Part shown: piece after piece, positions 49,124-54,578 of the stretch
Position numbering within the stretch: the stretch's first letter is position 1
Layout of the letters: each line of letters starts with the position of its first letter
From: Catajapyx aquilonaris
Taxonomy: Eukaryota
DNA: 54,578 nt
Direction: 5' to 3'
Assembly (NCBI GenBank): GCA_000934665.2
Contig: JYFJ02002571.1
Span: 1 to 54,578 of the forward strand
The notes under the pieces: model-generated
What the model saw: the letters and a program-made list of their open reading frames with translations, nothing else
The model's database searches: none
What the model was told of the DNA's origin: nothing
Position numbers and translations under genes: made by a program

Positions 49124-50399
49124 TACAATGCTTGGTTCTGGAGACAGCCTCACTCAGTGCCTCCTCTTCAGTGTCAGTGTTGCTTGCTTTTTAATTCCCT
49201 GCTGCTGGAGGGGTTTGGCGAGTAGCCACAGCGTGTCACATACACTGGTGGTTGGCTTCAGCGGCGTCAGTGGCGGGAGAAAGTAAGCGGAGGATGGGAG
49301 GAGGGTGATGAGGATCAGTATTATATCAGTAGGCGGAGGATGATAGGGAAGTGCAGTGCCGACTGCAAATGGAATAAATATGCATCGGAAATTTTTAATC
49401 GTCAGATGGTGAATCGTATTTGTGTGATTGCTGTAAAGGCTGAATTTGCTCTCTCATGAAGTTGTTCATCAGGCTCTTCACACTGGGGAACTTCATCAAA
49501 TACTAAGGTGTACGTACGACATGCATACGGCAGCCGTGGCACGCCACATCATGTTTCAATAAGAGTGTATTAAGAAATTTGAACTATTATCATTTACAAT
49601 ACCGTGCTAATAATTAATTTACTAAAGAGGCGAATAAATTGAACTTAGAGTACATGTACAAATATTCACCTTCACAGTTTACAATCCCCGATAGTGTGAG
49701 GCTGTCCACGTCACAGGGTGCGAAGCAGGGCATCCAAGGCCTCTTCCGGCGAGATGCGCTGCTCCTGAAAAATGGAGAGCAATTTGTGTCAATATTAGCT
49801 CATACGGGATTTTTTGTCGGTAATTCAGGCATGAATGAGGGTCAAAAACTGACTTGACCGGATCAGGTTCCCAAAGCCTGAAGAGGAGATCCGGGAATTT
49901 GCCGCGAGGAATGTGAGACGGGCTGTTGATACCACTCTCCTCTGTTATTTCCTCTGCTCGGGTGGCTTACGAGCACTCTTCATCATCCTGCCAAAGGAGG
50001 AGGACTTTTTACCCTTTCTGACCAAGTCAGAACAAAAAGCGGGCTCAAATGTGCACAAGGCAATAAGCATGCATGTGTGTAATAACCAGCACTTGCTATC
50101 AAGCCGTACACTCCATAAACGTCATTGTAATACTGTAATTTGGTAATGCTTTATGGTTCAACTGGAATTTGATTGTTGTTGTGGCATATAAAGAGAATGA
50201 GGGCAATTTGATATGACTGTAAACATTTCGACTGGTAATGACAAAGTAGTAGTAGTATTTTTATTTCCTTGATGCTTTCGCATATTGGAAATACATCTCT
50301 CCCTTACATAACAATGTCCGCAAATTTCAGTTTTATTACAGCTTGTTTAAAGAATTTGTATAATGCATACACCCTATGCACCGGTATATCCACAAACAA

Positions 50400-51540
50400 T
50401 TGGAAAATTTTATCCGGGGGCACCCTTTGAAAACCTTCAATCTCCATCCTGGCTTCCCCAAAAAAAAGAACATTCAAACATTCGTCACATGAAACAATGA
50501 GCCACCACTCAGACCCGAGCACAGTGTGCAGTTCTCCTCGGCTTCAATTCTTATCTTGTAGTCATTTACCCACAAAAATTTTGAACTATTTCTTAAGTTT
50601 GCAACTGTGACAGGATGGACACATAGACACACGTTTATGACCGGAGCGGGGGGATGCTAAAGCAAATAGAGGCTTACGCATGATCTGAGTATTTATTCAC
50701 TGCGAGGAAGGAGAGAGGGATAAACTTAGGAGAGGGAAAAGTTGTGACCGGAGGCATGCCGACAGTTCGTGGCAGCCCTAGGTCTGGCCAGTGGTTTCCC
50801 CAGCAGGGGCAAACCCAAGGCCCCGACCTCCCTGCCTGGATATTCTCCAGGACCAGAAGAGGTCCTCGACCACCCCAGCCAGGATATTCTCCTGGACCGG
50901 GAGAGGCCCCGAATGACAGGCTCCCGTGGTTTATATAGTCCCCAGACAACCCCACAGCATGGTGGGACTGTCGACAGCAACCAATCAGAGATGGGCACAT
51001 TCAAAGTGTCGTAAGATGAGGGGAGGAGCTTACAGTAATATTATTCAAGGCGGGAAATAAAATATGATTTAGCTGGTACTGTCACACAACCATCCGCACC
51101 AGATTTATTGCCATCCCTGAGTGCAAATACATTTCCTGTGTGTATCCATTTGATATCTCTTTATAGTGTTTATAGTGTTTATAGTGTAGTGTAGCGTTCA
51201 GTGACTTCTCATCACTATCTATAGTATTTTCAATAAAGATCGTTACCAATTCCTCTATATTAATTGTCCTGTACTGTAGCAACCAATCTTTCCACGCCAC
51301 TCCTGCGACCTGCAGGAGTTTATCCACTTGTTGCAACCACCCCACTTTTGGACTCGCGCCATTTCTGCATAAGAACTTATAACCTTGACCCAGCACACTT
51401 TCCACTGGTTCCTCCGGCAATTTCCGTAAAAAGGACATTAGCTTTTTGAATACTTGTACCGATAAAGGCCTCCTACCTGATTCAAACCGAACAAAATAAT
51501 TTGCACTATTTTTTGGTAGTAATGACAAAGTACAACTCGC
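50400..51540 (-). mobile_element. RTE-X-like LINE 3' remnant, interrupted by a solo LTR
   Basis: LLPKNSANYFVRFESGRRPL...GWLQQV...YKHYKEI...EMYL; continues past the LTR toward ENCTLC. Confidence 0.65.
50606..51086 (-). mobile_element. Solo LTR (Gypsy-like)
   Basis: TGTGACAG...CTGTCACA termini; 4-bp TSD CAAC (50602-50605, 51087-51090); TATATAA followed by AATAAA on the minus strand; internal ~28-bp direct repeat. Confidence 0.88.
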
Positions 51541-53534
51541 TTATTACAACTTCTAGCTGGAATTAGTGCTTTGGGAATATAAATATATGCTGACCTCAAG
51601 CATGGTTAATATTTGCTTATTAAATTATTTAATGCCTCCTGGTGCTTGTATGTGTCTTGACAAACTCTCCCTCAACTCAGATGCTGTAAAATTAGGGACA
51701 TTTTATGTCAATGGAATTGTTTCGTTGTAAGAGTAATCAATCACATGTCTCGATATGAATGTTAATAAGGTAGGGTTTTTAAGACTCTAGCTGTATAGAT
51801 ACTGCATCTTATTTCATGGATTACTATTGTTGTACAAAATGTTTTCTACCATGTACCATACAACTCTGTGTACTAAGTAGACGCTGCTGTAGTTGTACAC
51901 TATTTTGGAAATATTGTGATAACCATGTTGTTAAGCATCAAACAGTCAATATTTATGTTATTCTGCAACCATGTACATGGAAGTCGAATTTTACAATCAG
52001 AAACACTTGATCATTTATTATGCATTTCTGAATGGATTGCTGTGGACCCATCCGAGCATCAGCAATCAGGGTATTGTTTACCTAACAGACTGATCTTGCA
52101 ATAGGATGATGCCGCGAGGATAATTCATCATTGCTGGAACAGCCGCTGCATATTATGTTGCCTCTTGTAGTATACCGTTCCCCTATCATTGCATATAATG
52201 TCCTGTAAGCTAAATTTTGCCAAACTTTCCACAGAATTACGACTCCTGACTTCAATAGTTCCATATTTTCCCACTAGATTAGGAGGTAGGTAGTACTTGG
52301 GGATCAGTAATTATTCTTTCAGCTACAGCTCGTAGTTCTCTTTCTACCCCTTCCCCTTTCTCCACAGAAAGGGCAACTTTTATTTAGAGTAATGACAGTG
52401 AAATTATTATTTCCATGGTACTTTCGTACCACTGCACTGTATGTTTATGTACGATGGAGCTTTCCTTTTTGCACCACAGTTCAAAAGTAGTAAAGAGTAA
52501 TGGAAAGGGTGTCAAGAGGGCAATGTGAAGCCATTGCAGCTACTCACCATAGGGCTACATACGACCATGTATATAACCATGGGTGAATTCCATACAGCTT
52601 TGGTACTTTATATCCACTGTAGCAGTATGTTTTGTATCATCGTTCCAACGGAGGCACCGGTGGCACCGGCATGGGTCCAAATTGGACCATTCCCCCACTG
52701 GCCTGCGCAAGTACAAGAATGTACAAATTAAGTTAGTATGCGTTGCAGATGCAAGTCCGAGTGATGACCTGACCAGCATCCCTCTGCTGGGCTGGCTGAT
52801 CCGGAGGGAGCAGCCCCTGACACGGTCTGTTTCGCATCGATGACGAGTGTTTCAAGTATTCCTGCAGAGAGAAAACATTATAGCACCATGTCTAATGCGC
52901 GAGATGCCTCTCTGAAATTTGCAATGAATATCCGATTGCAAGATGTGAATAATATAGAATCAATTTTGCAAACCTGTGCCCCTTTTCGGCCATCAATGAA
53001 AATTCACCAAGCTTCTATCGCTTGCAAGAAATATCAGTTTTCCAACTGCTAAATCCGGGTATACTGGGGAATGTCTCCACACAGTTTGTGCACGACGTGA
53101 AGAGTGGGGTGATGTCCTTCGCGGGTAAACAACTCGGCAGACTTAAAAGGGGAAATATCCAGTCCGAAGATCATCTCCCATCAGCATGCACTCTAGTGAC
53201 CACCAGCCGTCTTTTTCGGACAAAGGACCACCTTAACTAAAGGGGAGGGTATTAAATAGAGATTAATATTACGGAAATTAATAATTAGTGATGTGGTATT
53301 GGTTGACGACACTTATACCGATATTCACTTCCGGGGCACGGTATGGCCTGGACCTGATCGTGTGACCTCGGAACCAGCCCGCTTCTGGTCAGGAAGGACA
53401 ATCCAAAGTGGGTCTAGTAATAATAATTAATAATTTGATACCCCATTATCAGCCTACGGGCTTTCCTAGGGGGGGATTTCTCCCAATTTTTTTGTCTGGA
53501 ACTCTTCCATTTTTTACTATTTTTTCTCATCACC

Positions 53535-53630
53535 GGAATGAAGCAGGGAAAGGGAAGGAAGGAGATGGCTGTGGCCTATATTACGGTAACGACCCCGGAA
53601 TTATCCTGCAAGGACCATGGGAAAAAGTGG
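53535..53630 (-). mobile_element. SINE body fragment
   Basis: Minus strand TTCCGGGGTCGTTACCGTAATATAGGCCACAGCCATCTCCTTCC resembles a widespread arthropod SINE central domain (recalled, not searched). Confidence 0.5.
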
Positions 53631-53950
53631 ATCTAGTACTGTTGGTATGGATTGAAATGAAATCTAAAGTACACTGGAGGTTACCAGAAGCATAATGTTG
53701 CTTTGTTCATATGAGCTATGGCCCGATACATTGAGTTCCGTCAGTCTTTGCCCAATTTTTTGTGTCAAAAGATGATCTGATATTGACTCAATGACCTGAA
53801 GTTATGATCATTACTATCAATTTTCCATATTTGAACAGTTCTGTTGTGGGAAATTTAGGAATATGTCCTATAAACATGCCACTTGTTAAGTCCCTTGCTA
53901 CAATCCAAGGGTTCATTATGAACACGCAGCTTATTGCGGTATCAAACACT

Positions 53951-54273
53951 TGTGACCGTACGGGACGGCAGGAAAAACACGTGGGTGACTTGTACACGAT
54001 CGTTTTATTTCGTAACGCTATGACATAAGCAATAAGGATATGGTAAACAAAAAGGTGTGTGTGCAGGATTTAGGGTGGACACCCGGCGCGTCCCGAAGGA
54101 TACGCCGGAAAGACCTCGAGGAGAAAGTGGGGCTGGTTTATATACCACTGGAGCCCCACTGGTTGATGGGAGTGGAGAGAGGGCTGATGCAACATATGGT
54201 TCCAGGAACATCATGACAAGCAGAGCACTATTAGAGTCTGTATAGTTCCATGCCTCCAACTGGTACGGTCACA
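53951..54273 (-). mobile_element. Solo LTR (Gypsy-like)
   Basis: 11-bp terminal IR TGTGACCGTAC/GTACGGTCACA; 4-bp TSD CACT (53947-53950, 54274-54277); TATATAAA followed by AATAAA on minus. Confidence 0.88.
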
Positions 54274-54578
54274 CACTGTACACATGTAAGGAGTCTGTCC
54301 AGAAGGTGTAAGGGTTTCGGATTAATACAACCAAATTTTCTATGTTACATTCCGCCGACATTAATGTCCCTAGATGTCGGACTACAAACCCTCCTGACCC
54401 GGAGTACTCACCTACGGCCTACAATGCAACAGGGAAGAGACCCCCTTGCCCCAAGGGGACCCCAAGACCCCCTTGCCCCAACACTCCTGCAGCCACCGTG
54501 GGTGGGGCTGCAGGTAGTAACATCAGCCCGTCCGCTTCTGATGGCGAAGTCATGGACACGGACGCCACCAACCCACCA

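Noticed and set aside
52110..52160. CxGC...H motif like Polinton accessory proteins (CSGCSSNDELSSRHH)
   Set aside because: Too short and degenerate to support a call.
190..54259. Most 60-130 aa ORFs in the supplied track as genes
   Set aside because: No domain similarity; many are antisense to decayed minus-strand remnants or start at non-ATG codons.
54370..54578. Start of a LINE ORF1 with a 17-bp direct repeat (AGACCCCCTTGCCCCAA)
   Set aside because: Cut by the window edge; no diagnostic domain visible.

Overview
Eukaryotic (animal, most likely arthropod) repeat-rich genomic DNA with no intact host gene, rRNA, tRNA gene or CRISPR array that I can support. It is a patchwork of short, mostly decayed fragments from many unrelated mobile-element groups: tRNA-SINEs, a SINE with an RTE-like head, I/R1/L1/RTE-X LINEs, Gypsy and two solo LTRs, Tc1/pogo/hAT/Harbinger/ISL2EU/Sola/EnSpm/Kolobok-like DNA transposons, and Crypton-type tyrosine recombinases. 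It also holds non-transposase remnants: peroxiredoxin, NRF1/Ewg-like domain, macrodomain-like, ankyrin, PC4-like, THAP and orphan paralogous families. Two kb-scale tandem duplications are present. Nearly all decayed coding remnants lie on the minus strand, which suggests a uni-strand, flamenco-like piRNA cluster transcribed on +. All protein identifications come from manual translation and motif recall, not database searches.
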